This document shows, piece by piece, positions 1-12,054 of a DNA stretch of 64,000 bases. The stretch's first letter is position 1; each line of letters starts with the position of its first letter. Origin of the DNA: Octopus sinensis (taxonomy: Eukaryota); assembly GCF_006345805.1 (NCBI RefSeq), contig NC_043005.1, forward strand, positions 25,854,001 to 25,918,000, in the 5' to 3' direction. A program made the translations under genes and the position numbers. Below the pieces are notes generated by a model. It had not been told where the DNA came from. It searched no databases and was given only the letters and a program-made list of their open reading frames with translations.

Positions 1-307
1 CAGCAAAAGAGAAACCTAGTTTCTACTTCATAAAATGGTGTTTCTCTTTTTTCTCCTTCATTGAAAATTTTGAAGCTAATGGAGATTCTTTGTGATGCTA
101 ATTCCTACACGACAGCTTCTGCAATTTATCACCAACATCAGTAAAATGTTTGGCATTTTAGAGACCGTAATAACCATAAAAAATACTCTACACTCCCTGA
201 ATAATTCCTGTCCTCCATTATCTCCCCTACATTCTTCCTCGCCTATTTTTCCATTTCTCCCGTGTTGCTGTTTGCATGTACATAGATAGGGACACATATA
301 CGTATAC

Positions 308-352
<45 letters not shown>

Positions 353-479
353 CATATAGGTATGTATGCATATATACATACAGACACATACATGTAAAGA
401 GAATACTTGCGTACATGCATACGTATGTGTGTGAGTGTGTGTGTGGGTCGAGAGAGAAAGAGAGATAGAGAGTGTTTGT

Positions 480-720
480 GTGTAGAAACGCGGTATGGTC
501 GAATGATTAAGAAGTTCGTGTTGCAATCACGAGGTCAAAGTTTCGATTCCGTTGCCTGACATCTTTGAGAAGTGTTTCTTATCATAACCTCAGTCTGACC
601 AGAGCCTTCTCAGAGAAATTGAGGTTGATGGAAGCTGAACGGTGGCATTTTTGAAGGGTTTACTCTTGCAGTTTCAAAGTCCCAGTGTCGCGATGAAGGG
701 TCCGATAACTCTACGTCTAC
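480..720 (+). mobile_element. Diverged tRNA-derived SINE (CORE-like family)
   Basis: B-box-like GTTTCGATTCC at ~540 followed by ctttgagaagtgtttctt...cctcagtctgaccagagcctt, which aligns by eye with the better-preserved copies at 39800-40176 and 60420-60804. Confidence 0.55.
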
Positions 721-829
721 ACTTCTCTGTAAAAAAATATCAACCACACACACTATTATAAGACGTGTGTTCGGTGTATTTGACCGACTGAATGCTCATC
801 GTCGAAACCGACGAGGAACCATAAATGGA

Positions 830-1090
830 TGTATACGTGTGTGTGTGGTTTGAGAGTATGTGTAGTTATAAATATACAAAACGTTTGCATCTGTGTGTTT
901 GTGTGTATGTGTGTGTGTTTGTGTGCATGTGTGTATGTGTGTGTTTGTGCGTGTGCATGTTAGTGTGTGATTTTGTGTGTGTATGTTTGTGTGTTTGAGT
1001 GTGTGTATGTTTGTGTGTTTGTGTATGTGTGTTTGTGTGGGTGTGCAAGTGGGGGAGTGTTTGTGAGTGTATGTGTGGATGTGTTTGTAT
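830..1090. repeat. Degenerate (TG)n/(TGTT)n microsatellite
   Basis: Direct reading of the sequence. Confidence 0.9.
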
Positions 1091-1628
1091 ATTAGCTGGA
1101 TTTTACTCAAAAGGAATGTGTTAATCTTTAAGTAAGCGAAAGAACTCATACAAAGATTATTCTAGAAAAAATTGAAGAACAGAATTTATAAAGAGAACAT
1201 CTTGCAGATTGTCCTTCTTTGAGATGCTTTAGAATGAGCAATTTCACTTAATAGTTCTCGAATGTCCCAGAGGAACAAGCTTGGCTATTGAAATCTTCCC
1301 AATAAGAATTGTTTCATTATATATTGGGAATATGGCAATTAAAATAGAGAAAATTAGCCAAATTTGAAGGAGAATTTAACGACTGTTTTTGTTTTCTGGG
1401 ACGAATGTAATTTAATTTTATGAAATTAATAGCGGAAGTTATATTCACGTTCGAGTGTAACGGAACTTGTTACAAAGGTTATACGTCGTTACCATTACTG
1501 TTGACTGCATAACTAATTAATGTCAGGGTGACAGGCCTTAACATGATCCAGGAAATTTGTTTTTATACTAGCTTCTGTAAATAGAAACATATATTCACAT
1601 TTCGCTCCAAAGGATCATGTCCTATCTA

Positions 1629-1669
1629 TCACTGAGAAGGCGCCACTATGCCGAAACACTGATGTCTGA
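1629..1669 (+). ncRNA. Minimal type I hammerhead ribozyme-like motif (core one nt short)
   Basis: tca-CTGA(.)GAa-GGC-gccactat-GCC-GAAACA-ctga-TGTC-tga. Stems I, II and III all pair and a GUC cleavage triplet is present. The CUGANGA core lacks one base. Confidence 0.5.
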
Positions 1670-2099
1670 CGGTTTATTGACGTAAAGCGTTCTCAGAGAT
1701 GAAATCCAATGGCAACAGACGTGTTTACCCTCAAGTTTGCCGGAACATAAATTATACATATGCATCGTGGATTCGTTTCTTGCTGTTTTGCTTTTAATCT
1801 TTCAGTACTACTACTACTAATAAAGACCAAATCTTACTGCAGCACACACAGTTATATACGTATAGATAACGCTTGGGTTTCTGCTGGAACTTTAGTCACG
1901 TTAGCTTATATTGTGCACATCAGTTACACAACAAATTCAATAATTTCAAATACATTATTTATTGAGATGATAGATCTATCATTACACTTAAATGATTAGG
2001 TGAAGTCAGAAAAAGGCCTTCAAGATTTAAATATAAACGTTATGGTTAAAAGTACTTCAAGATTTAAATATAAACGTTATGGTTAAAATAAAATTACTC

Positions 2100-3200
2100 G
2101 TAATGTATTTTCTTAAATCTTAAAATAATAAATACCTACCACGGATCATAATGAAAACATGTAGCACATAATTAATGATTTAGTAAAAGATATTAACTAG
2201 TACAGGGTAATTTAGTACTTTTCTCGTTAGACTTGCATCCATTACAGTAACAGTTTTTTTTAAAATAAACTCGTAAACACGAAGTACGTTTGGATTTAGT
2301 TTACATCGATAATATAAATTCCGAGCGTTTATAATAGGAACACTAAAACCATTTAGTTCGATAAACCCATTCAATCTTAATGTAAATGCATATATCGCTA
2401 AATTTTCGATTTAGATATTAGATAAACAGCTTTGTAAAGTATCATAAAGATGACAAAATTTAAATAGGAATCTTGTTAAATTAGGCATCTGTTGTATACA
2501 ATTTTACAACAAAAACACGCACATCAATAATAAAAATCTTAAGCAAATTTCTATATTTGATCCTTCTCCAACTTGTAAATATCTTAATCCCGTATATTGC
2601 CCATTAAATAATTCATATCTTTCAAAATCGATAATTTACAGTAAAAAATCTTTTACAGTTAAAATTTTACTATCCAGGGATTATATTAAACTAATGGAAC
2701 GTAAATAAATTCAAAGGCAGATTTGATCAGTATCTACATACTTTCAACTATCTAAAAGATCTTTGCTCATTAATTCATAGAAACAAATAAGAATTTTGGA
2801 AATATAGTTTTGAGCACCATAAAATTGTCTGGAATATATATCACATATCAAGGCTAAGATGCATGATAACGTGTATGATGGTCACCTGTTGTACAAAAAA
2901 AATGAATACATTACTTTATAAGGTTTCCGTCTTAAACAAACAGAGAGTTAATATCTTATCGACACCAGAATCAAAATATTTGTTTAAATACTTTGCATTA
3001 CCCAACGGCTGAAAATCTTTTATATTCGCATCAGATTTTCCCCTACATTCGAAAAGAATCAAATCGTTTATTTAGATAATGTGAATAAAATTTCATTGTT
3101 TTGCACCATACAACAAAATCCCACGAGAATGAATCACATATTTCGTTAGACAGAAACGCTCCAAAGAAGAAAAATAGTTTTGTGTCGCTATATTCTTATT
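2100..3200 (+). mobile_element. Decayed Penelope-like element (RT C-terminus and GIY-YIG endonuclease region)
   Basis: Interrupted + strand translations NPFNLNVNAYIAKIF, NRNLVKL..HINNKNL, YCPLNNSYLSKSIIY, HKIVWNIY and LNKQRVNILS..SKYL match the order of conserved Penelope blocks (NPPFS.NV, KIFNRN, CPL.G.CL...IIY, I.W.I, LNKRSE). Confidence 0.7.
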
Positions 3201-3297
3201 CTAAGGTACTCCTTTAATTATACTCTGTTACCCATTTACCTGTTTCCCCCACTGATTCACCTCTCTCCCTCTCTCTCTTAATGTATATATATATATA

Positions 3298-3839
3298 TAA
3301 GAGGGTAAGTCAAAAAGTAATGTAATTTTGTTTAGGACAGGTGTAATTACCAACACAGGAACATCAAAATGAAGCTGGTCCTCTGTGGATCACATCCCTC
3401 CTTCTCAACATAGTCACCGTTTCTCTCAATAGCAATGTTCCACCTTTGAATGAGAGCATGTAATCCTGCCCGGTAAAATTCTGTTGTCTGTTCTTTGAGC
3501 CACTTCTTCACTACAGTTTCCACTTTATCGTCACTGGAATAATGTTTAACTCTCAAACCATCTTTCATGGGGCCGAAGAGATGATAGTCCAGGGACGAGG
3601 AAGGGAAAACTGTAGTGAAGAAGTGGCTCAAAGTACAGTCAACAGAATTTTACGGGGCAGGGATACATGCTCTCATTCGAAGGTGGAACATTACTATTGA
3701 GAGAAACGGTGACTATGTTGAGAAGTAACGATTTGATCCACACAGGACCAGCTTCATTGTGGTGTATGATACATGTTTCTGTGTTGGTAATTATACCTGT
3801 CCTAAATAAAATGGCATTACTTTTTGACTCACTCTCCTA
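3298..3839. mobile_element. Mariner-derived fold-back MITE with ~240-bp inverted arms
   Basis: 3298-3532 is an inverted repeat of 3594-3839. The minus frame reads SLDYHLFGPMKDGLRVKHYSSDDKVETVVKKWLKEQTTEFYRAGLHALIQRWNIAIERNGDYVEK (mariner transposase C-terminus). Flanked by TA repeats. Confidence 0.85.
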
Positions 3840-3877
3840 TATATATATATATATATATATAATGATGTATAATGATA

Positions 3878-4773
3878 TACATGATGCGGTGAATGCATTG
3901 TCGTCCAAATTATACAAAAATGAATATAACACTGACATCTCATTTTGATAGATATATTTAACAAAATTACATAAAAGTATCTTGAAATACTAAAGAATAA
4001 ATTTATTCAATAAAATCGCCATTGGTTTCAACCACGGCCTCCACGGCTTCCGCGACTTCACAATCTCCTGCAACTCTTCTGCACGGTCTCCTTATTTTAG
4101 TTGGTGAATGCTGCCATAATCCTTGCCTTTAGTTCACATTTGGTGTTAAAAAGTGTTTATTGGTCTCTTACTCAACTGCGCCCCACACATAGTAATCAAA
4201 TGGTTTGCAATTTTGGGAGTTAGGTGGCTAGATGCTGGAGGTGATGTGATCAGAAAAACTGTCTGACAACCATGACAAGTTCTCATGCTTGTGTGGCATG
4301 GTGAAAATTCCTGATCTCAGACAGGGACTTCCAGTAGCCACCCTCTTCATTCTGTGCAGCTCTAACACTCCCAGTCATTTGATGTAGATGTCTGTGTTGA
4401 GTCTGAGGCCTCATGGGAAGATAAATGAAGGTATAACGTCGCCATCACTAGTGATCACTCCAAACACCATAATGTTGACTGGATGTTTGATTTTTATCAA
4501 ACTCGGTACATGTCTGGGGGACACGGCAAGCCAACGGTTGTTCTGTCTGTTCACCACCTGTTCATATTGGAACTTCCGTGACGAATGCCAAGCAGTACAG
4601 CATGCCGTTGATATAGTGGATCGCTTTAGGATACCGTGTTCTTCACAGACGGTGCGCAACTGGCTCTACTATGTGTGATCGATAAAAACCAAAGCAAACA
4701 TTTCATATATTTAGTTTCGCGCATGAAATATTAAATATCGGAAATGGCGACAATTTACCCATCGCACAATGTA
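3878..4773 (-). mobile_element. Internally deleted Tc1/mariner element (maT/DD37D-like)
   Basis: Degenerate 28-bp TIRs at 3878-3905 and 4746-4773. Minus-strand fragments KHPVNIMVFGVITSDGDV.PSFIFP and PPNSQNCKPFDYYVWGAVE (WPPNSPDLNPLDY-type motif). TA-rich flanks. Confidence 0.75.
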
Positions 4774-4784
4774 TGTGTGTGTAG

Positions 4785-4851
<67 letters not shown>

Positions 4852-4917
4852 CTGTTGTTATACATATATATATTATACATATTATCATTATACATATATA
4901 TATATATATGTATGTAT

Positions 4918-4953
<36 letters not shown>

Positions 4954-5070
4954 GCACGAGGTGGTGCTATATATATATATAGCACCAGGTGGTGCTATTA
5001 AGTTAGACATGGCCTGGGCCAATAATGGCCGAAACCTATCAAAGTATCAAAGTATCAAAGTATATATATA

Positions 5071-5316
5071 TATATTATATAGAGGGCATTACTATACATA
5101 AATGCCACACGCTAGAAGTGACTATTAAAGTCACACTGACGATTAATATGTGCATTTCTGCACTAATTATGAAATCATATGATTTGCAGTTGAATTCTGT
5201 TTTCAGAAGACTCGCTTCGAGAGTTGCATTCCCTCGCATTCAGTACGATGTGTTTATTTTGGTAGTTTTAACTTTAAGATTCCCTTCTCGTGTATGGTAA
5301 TACCCTCTATATAATA
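5071..5316. mobile_element. ~246-bp MITE with ~28-bp terminal inverted repeats
   Basis: tatattatatagagggcattactataca (5071-5098) versus tgtatggtaataccctctatataatata (5291-5316+): two mismatches; non-coding interior. Confidence 0.65.
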
Positions 5317-5436
5317 TAAATAAATATGTTTAAGAGAAAGTTTGATGTTTTTTCTCTTATGAGGTTTAACACGCTCCTTGATAAATTCTTATAAAGCTTT
5401 TATCCTATTTTTAAATTGTATATATATATATATATA

Positions 5437-5486
5437 TTACACCTGTCCTAAACAAAATGTCATTAGTATTTGACTCACCGTCTTAT
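5437..5486. mobile_element. Isolated terminus of the mariner MITE family
   Basis: ttacacctgtcctaaacaaaatgtcattagtatttgactcaccgtcttata matches the right end of the 3298-3839 element; lies between TA runs. Confidence 0.7.
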
Positions 5487-6899
5487 ATATATATGCTGTT
5501 ATATTTCGGGATGGTCATTTTTTACAACTCAATTTGTTACAGGATATATGCAGTTGTAGTTCTCCTTTCGCATGTAAGTGTGAAATTGTGTGTGTATGTG
5601 TGTAGATGCGTGTATGTGTATGTATGCGCGCGTGTGTGTGTACGTAAACACGTATAGTCATGTTCGCATTCTATAATACACAAATCTCACATTCTAGACT
5701 CATTTTAGAATGACACCAAAACAAGTCAGCGCTGGAACTCTATTGATTCAATATTTTATGATATCATAATCACCAGACATGATTGCTATCAAATAGAACT
5801 AAATTAACTTAATTATTGTGTATATATTTAACACCACTTCACCAGCAACGAAACACTTAAATAAATATATAATTATTCTAAATTTACTCCATATATCTTT
5901 CTGCAAATTATCTAGACGTGGTGTGTAATAGCATCTCATTATGAGACTCATATTAAATTCCAACCATATTCCAGCGGGCCTTAACATCATCTCTCGGCAT
6001 ATTGGAAAGAGCGATTAAATCCTTCTCAAATCTCATCCTATTCGCTCAAAATAAGAAAAGACACTTTAATATCTCTAATCCTATTAAACACTAAACAAAG
6101 TCATGGGATTGTCACGGGTGGAATATATACAATCAAGCTTTATTCGGTCAAGGACGTCGTGTGACTAAGCAGTAAGAAGTGTAATATTGTCTTTTGTTGA
6201 CGTAAGATGCAATGTGTTATATATTGGAGCCATTTTTTAATATACCTAAACGCCATTAGATTTTGCCAAACTGTGTCATGGTCTCCAACGCTTATGGTTG
6301 ACCATTCATTTGCACATTTCGTGTTGCTGTGAGTAATATGCTGTTCGTGAAGACTAAGATTTGTCGATGCATATCAGGAAGACTGACGGTTGCCACCCTC
6401 CCTCTCTAGGTCATCATTATTTATCCAGAGTCATTGACTTAGAACGACACAGCTTCGTATCATTGTCATCGCAAACATAGTTGTCTGAACATAAAGAGCT
6501 GGAACCGATACCACAAGGCATTTTAGCTGGTGCTAGGAATGGTTCATTTCAATCGATGCTGAAGAGAAGAAAAGCGATGTTATCCTCGGCGGAATTTGAA
6601 ATGAAACCTCGGAAATTCAGAATAAATATAGCGAGACATTCAACCCAACACTCTATTTAATTAACATTCTAATCAATCGTCAATCTACATTAACAACTTC
6701 TCACTCACATTTATTCAACTGAGTTCTTACTTTGGTACAAGACCTCAAATATGAGGACAGGATGTATTGCGATGCGATCAAACTCTATTTTATATTATCC
6801 AGGCCAGAGTTATGGAAAAGCAGAATCGGTCTTAGTGGAAAGGATTCAAAATCAGAATGTAATGAGTAGTAAATGAGTAGCAAGCATCGTTTCCTCTGA

Positions 6900-7060
6900 T
6901 ACTTCTACTCCACTGTCACTTTGTTCGACGCTACAGATTCTGCCAATCCACTACCATTTTGCACGGTGCTCTACTGAGTCTCCTAAGCTACCATCAATAT
7001 CTCCCACGCCCTGTCGAGTCTTCTTATCCTCCTCCATTTTGTCTGAATCTCAGAGGATTG
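6900..7060 (-). mobile_element. Possible RTE-type LINE 3' remnant
   Basis: Minus translation ...SVEHRAKW resembles the RTE terminal A.DR..W motif; weak match. Confidence 0.3.
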
Positions 7061-7719
7061 TACCTATCAACCACACTCTAATATTATTGATTAGACTTTA
7101 AAGGAATCGAAATTCCAAGCTTCCATCAGCGGGATATTTCTAATGATTACCAAGATTTCTCAAGTAGGGTGGAGGCAATAATAGAAGATGAGCCACGGTA
7201 ATTTCAACCGACCCCACAATATCACTGGTACTGATCGTTAATGAAGTCCAAATGCTTTAAAATTTAAAAGTAGGAGGATCATATCAAATAACTACATAGC
7301 TTATTTATTTGTATTAGATAGACTTAGTCAGTCTCCCAGTCTTATACGCCCACCGCAGGCTCTGGGTATCCTTAGCAGTGTCTAATGTACAGCAAACGCT
7401 TGAGCCACATTACTGGTTTGAAGTTATCTTTTTCTCCATCCGCATCAGCCTCAAAAGCCGTAAATAGGTAAAGGGTTCTGCCCTCCCTCTTAACAAGCAA
7501 ACTAGTAATCTGCCACTGAGCATCCTGTAAACACCATACAATAACTCTATAAGTGTGGTTTGGTTTTGAGCCCGTAATGCGGTTCACATTGATTCCTCTA
7601 TTTCACGAGTCATAGTTTCAACAATTAAAGAAAGGAACAGGAAACACTAAATGGATCTTGTTCAAATCAGAGAAACATTTCCGTCCTCTAATTACTACTA
7701 CTACTGCTATTTACCCAGC

Positions 7720-8520
7720 CACTAATCTTGGCATACAGCCAGTAATTTTTAACGGCGCGGGATATCGATGATATCAATCACAGTTGATGACTGGTACTTA
7801 TTTTATCGATACTCTCCCACCGAAAGGCAAAAATACCCCAGGCGAAAATTCGAATACTGCATAAATGCCGCCAAGCAATTTTAACAAACGCATAAATGAT
7901 TCTGCACGCTCACCGTCTTAATAATAATATTCTATTTTCTTCAATAGACGCACAGCCTGAAATGTTGAGGGCGTGCACTAGCCTAATTCAAAGACCCAGT
8001 ACTTAGCTGGTTCTTATTCTATCGACCACGAAGGGATGAAAAGCAAATTGACCTCAGCTATATTTGAAGAAATGCCTCTAAACATTCTTCCAACATGCTA
8101 ACGATTCTGCTAGCTCGGCACCTATTTATTTCTCCTAATATAAGCATTAGACTATCAATTTTGAGGGGAAGGAATTTATCAATACCATCAATTTTCGTGC
8201 TTCACTTGGACTACCAAACCCGGAAGCGTGAAATGCCTAGTTGTCTTCCTATGGATTTCGATTCAGAACTCAGCCAGTCGGAAGAAATATCGCCATGCAT
8301 TTTTACCAGCATTCTTACGATTCTACCAGCTCAATAATGACAATTCTTTATATTGAAACATGGCCAGACATTTTAGAATAAGTCTATGTTCCATCACATA
8401 ATTCTTCATATTAGCAACATATTTTATCGATCCCCGAAGCATGAAAAATACGAAGTCGACCTCCATAAGTTTTGAACTCAGAATGAAGGCGACCTAAGTG
8501 AAACCAAAAAGGCATTTTTG
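7720..8520 (-). mobile_element. Cluster of about 4-5 diverged SINE copies (gagctggcagaa family)
   Basis: Repeated reverse-complement blocks actggtactta..ttatcga, gaaaggc/gaagggatgaaa, tttgaactcagaa and acgattct.ccagctc. Confidence 0.7.
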
Positions 8521-9479
8521 TATAATATTCTGCCCATTCGGTTGACCCTCGGCCCTAAGCAGGGATATTAAGGCTGATTGAGTTGTGGAGATATACACAT
8601 AGACAAGGTTGTTTTAATAGCTTAAGGACTGTATGATTTTCCGCCAACGGCCGAGGCTGTGGCTCAACAGGAATCACCTAAGTTCAGTACTTTCTTGAAA
8701 GATTGATATTGCATATTCTTCTGGTTTCAATTCCTCACTTCCATATCCTTTTTATTATCCTTTGATATTTTTTATAGTACTTTTATTTGTTTTACCAATG
8801 ATTTGCAATAACGGAACAACAGATCTATCGATCTTTATTTCTATTTCTATTAGATGCTTACACTGAAGCTGTTAAAGATTCTACACAATATTTGAAGTTA
8901 TTGTATATCATTGCGAATACATGATCGCGTCACCTGGAGTTGATCACAAAATTCATTGTTCATAAGACTGGAAGAATGGGGAGGAAGAAATACGCAGGAA
9001 TTGTTCTAAGGCACAAGTATATATATTTTGGAAAGGATAAAGAAATAACTCTTTTGGTGGAGCATTTCTTAATTCTATCACCTTTGCGAAAACAGAATCA
9101 CTCAACCGAGATGTACTAATATAATGTTTATTTTCATCAAAACGCTTGCAGCCTTAGAAATTCGCCTCAGATATGGAAATATTACATATATTCTTTGAAT
9201 AGGGAGGTATATGATCTTTAAGAAGATTGTGTAGAGGTTTTTCATAAAAGAGAAGTTTAGCGGTGTGTGTAAACTGGTTTTGTTCGCTTCTTTGCAGAAT
9301 ATGAGTTATGTATTCTTGTATGAAGGTATGTATGTTTAAAGGTATATATATATATGTGTGCATGTGCGTATCTATGCACGTATTTATGTATGTCAAGGTG
9401 CCTTTGAAGTACGCATTTCTTAGAAAGAAATATGACATGTCACAAATGGGCACACACATGCATAGCCGCATACCTGTAT

Positions 9480-9542
9480 TCATACATACATAACTACACA
9501 AAAATAGAGCTATATATATGTGTGTGTGTGTGTGTGCGTATG

Positions 9543-9589
<47 letters not shown>

Positions 9590-9833
9590 GTATGCATGTA
9601 TGTATGCATGCATGTATTTATGTATATGTGTGTGCGCGTATATTTGCGTGTATAGCTGCATTTCTGTACATACTATGCACACATACATACATAGTTATAC
9701 GTACACGTATATAATTTGTGAGTATGTGTGTAAATATGTATGTATGGCTATATATATATGTCTGCGTGTAGTATGTATGTATATATATGTATGTATGTAC
9801 AGACACATATTTATGTAAAAGTGTATATTTATG

Positions 9834-9864
<31 letters not shown>

Positions 9865-9990
9865 ATACACATACATACGGACATACATGCACAAACACAA
9901 ACATACATGTATACACACATACACACACACACATCTACATGTTCATACATTCATATATGCATGCACACATGTACATACTTACGGCCATAC
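9480..9990. repeat. Compound (TG)/(TA)/(TATG)/(CA) microsatellite
   Basis: Direct reading. Confidence 0.9.
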
Positions 9991-10449
9991 ATGTATAAAT
10001 ATATCAATCATAAAAAGTTATGGAAGAAAAGCAAAGCGGAAGATATGAAATCTCTATGAATTACGCCTTAGAACTAAGGAATCTTTTGTGATAGCGCAGA
10101 ATATGAAGGGCGATTAGTTTCGCCTGTTTGAGAAATACTTCGACCTATCTACATTCAAACTTGCATCACATTACAATAAATTTATACTAAAATAGATAAC
10201 AAAACTTAATAGCCTGTTGTGTACGCAGATCACGAAACCTTCACGTCCTGCGTGTCGGATTCATGTACTATTTGTATATTCAATAGTTTGTAATGTAGAG
10301 AGCAAAAAAAAGTATGAAACTGTGTGAATGGCTGAGAAGTTGTCGGGGAAATGGCTTCCAGGCAGCATCAAAATTACTTCGTATCCAGGCACTAACACTG
10401 CACCATGCACTCAGCAATAACAAATAGCGTGTGTATTTGTCGTCATGTG

Positions 10450-10712
10450 GGTTATATATTCATGCACGCCTATATGTATGTGTGTATGTATGTATGTGTG
10501 TATATATGTATGTATACATGTATGTATGTATGTAGGTAGGTAGGTATATAGCTAAGAATGTACGTTAGTATTTATGTTATATATATATATATATACATAT
10601 ATATATGTATATATATATATACATACATAATACATACATAAATATATATGTGAACATATATTTAAAGAAAAATATACACATATATATAAATCAGAAATGG
10701 AAAAACAATATA

Positions 10713-10764
<52 letters not shown>

Positions 10765-10900
10765 GTGTGTGTGTGTGTATGTATAACACATGTGTGTGTT
10801 TATACAGTATACATAAATATATATTAATACACATGCAAACAGATACACACACATACACATACACGCAGATACACACACACAGGTAAAAAAAAACATATAC
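10450..10900. repeat. Compound (TATG)/(TA)/(TG)/(CA) microsatellite
   Basis: Direct reading. Confidence 0.9.
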
Positions 10901-12054
10901 ACAGAGAAGCGGCAAGTAGGTCACTGGGAGAGGCACAGATTCTTCGGTAGAATTCGCAAAGCTAAATTTATCTGAATCGGCATCCATTTTTTGTTATTGT
11001 TTTTTTCATTTGTCGCTCGATTATCTCCACCCCTCGGGAAAGGGTAGACAAGAAGAGGTATTATACATGACTCCAACAGTAAGAGCTCCGTCTTTTTGTG
11101 TATGCAGGCTTAATTTCTTTGATCTGTCCTCTCATATTTTTGTTAAATAATACGGCTTTGTGGTTTATCTTGGGAGGGTCTTCATGCCAATAATAAACAC
11201 ACGCACTGATTCTAGCTCACTTATATATATTTATATGTAAATTGTCAAGCATTTAATCACATTGACTAATTACCTGTATGATTAATCGCTCGGTCAATCA
11301 ATCAATCAATCAATTAATCAGCTAGGGCATAATGATTTTACCGAGATTCAACAAAATACGCTTCCACATATGAGTTCAGTCACATTAAGAATCTTGCAAA
11401 CTCAATGCAAAAACGAAATAGGGTGTTGAATTTAGGGCAATATAACTACCATTTCTTGCAGGTTGTCTCCTTCCGTTAACAAAATATTCAGTTAGTATAG
11501 GCAACAGTGTTACGTTAAGACGCTTAAATTCTAAACGTGTTAAATAATCACTACTTTAAGGAGAATCGAAGAAGCGACAAAAAACAAACAAGTTAAATAC
11601 TCAATAAGTGTAAGATATATTGATTTATCGATTGGTATTGTAAAACAGCAAATTTGCGCCCTTTCATTGCTTTGCGATGAAAACGCTGTGAACATATGGC
11701 TATTGGAAATATTAGAGATTAAATTTTCCACAGTCAAACGCTATAGTATATCTTAGCTTTGAAAGCAATTTTCTCAATAACCGCCGTTTCATGATAAGAA
11801 AGAATTCTTTGAGTGAGTATATAGTAGCGTGTGTGTGTGTGTGTATGTGTGTGTGAGTGCGTGCGCGTGTTTGTATGTGTGTATATATACGTATAGATAA
11901 TGTAATAAAACTTATTAGTGTATGTTAGACACGGTGTTAACATTCTGATATAGAAATCGGGTATTTGAGATGTGTAGAAAATATGCGTATTGTTTGTCTT
12001 TTACACATTATAAACAAATACGCATACATTATACATACAAGCAAAACTAAGCCA

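Noticed and set aside
2018-2088. 37-bp period tandem duplication
   Set aside because: Only two copies; an ordinary slippage event
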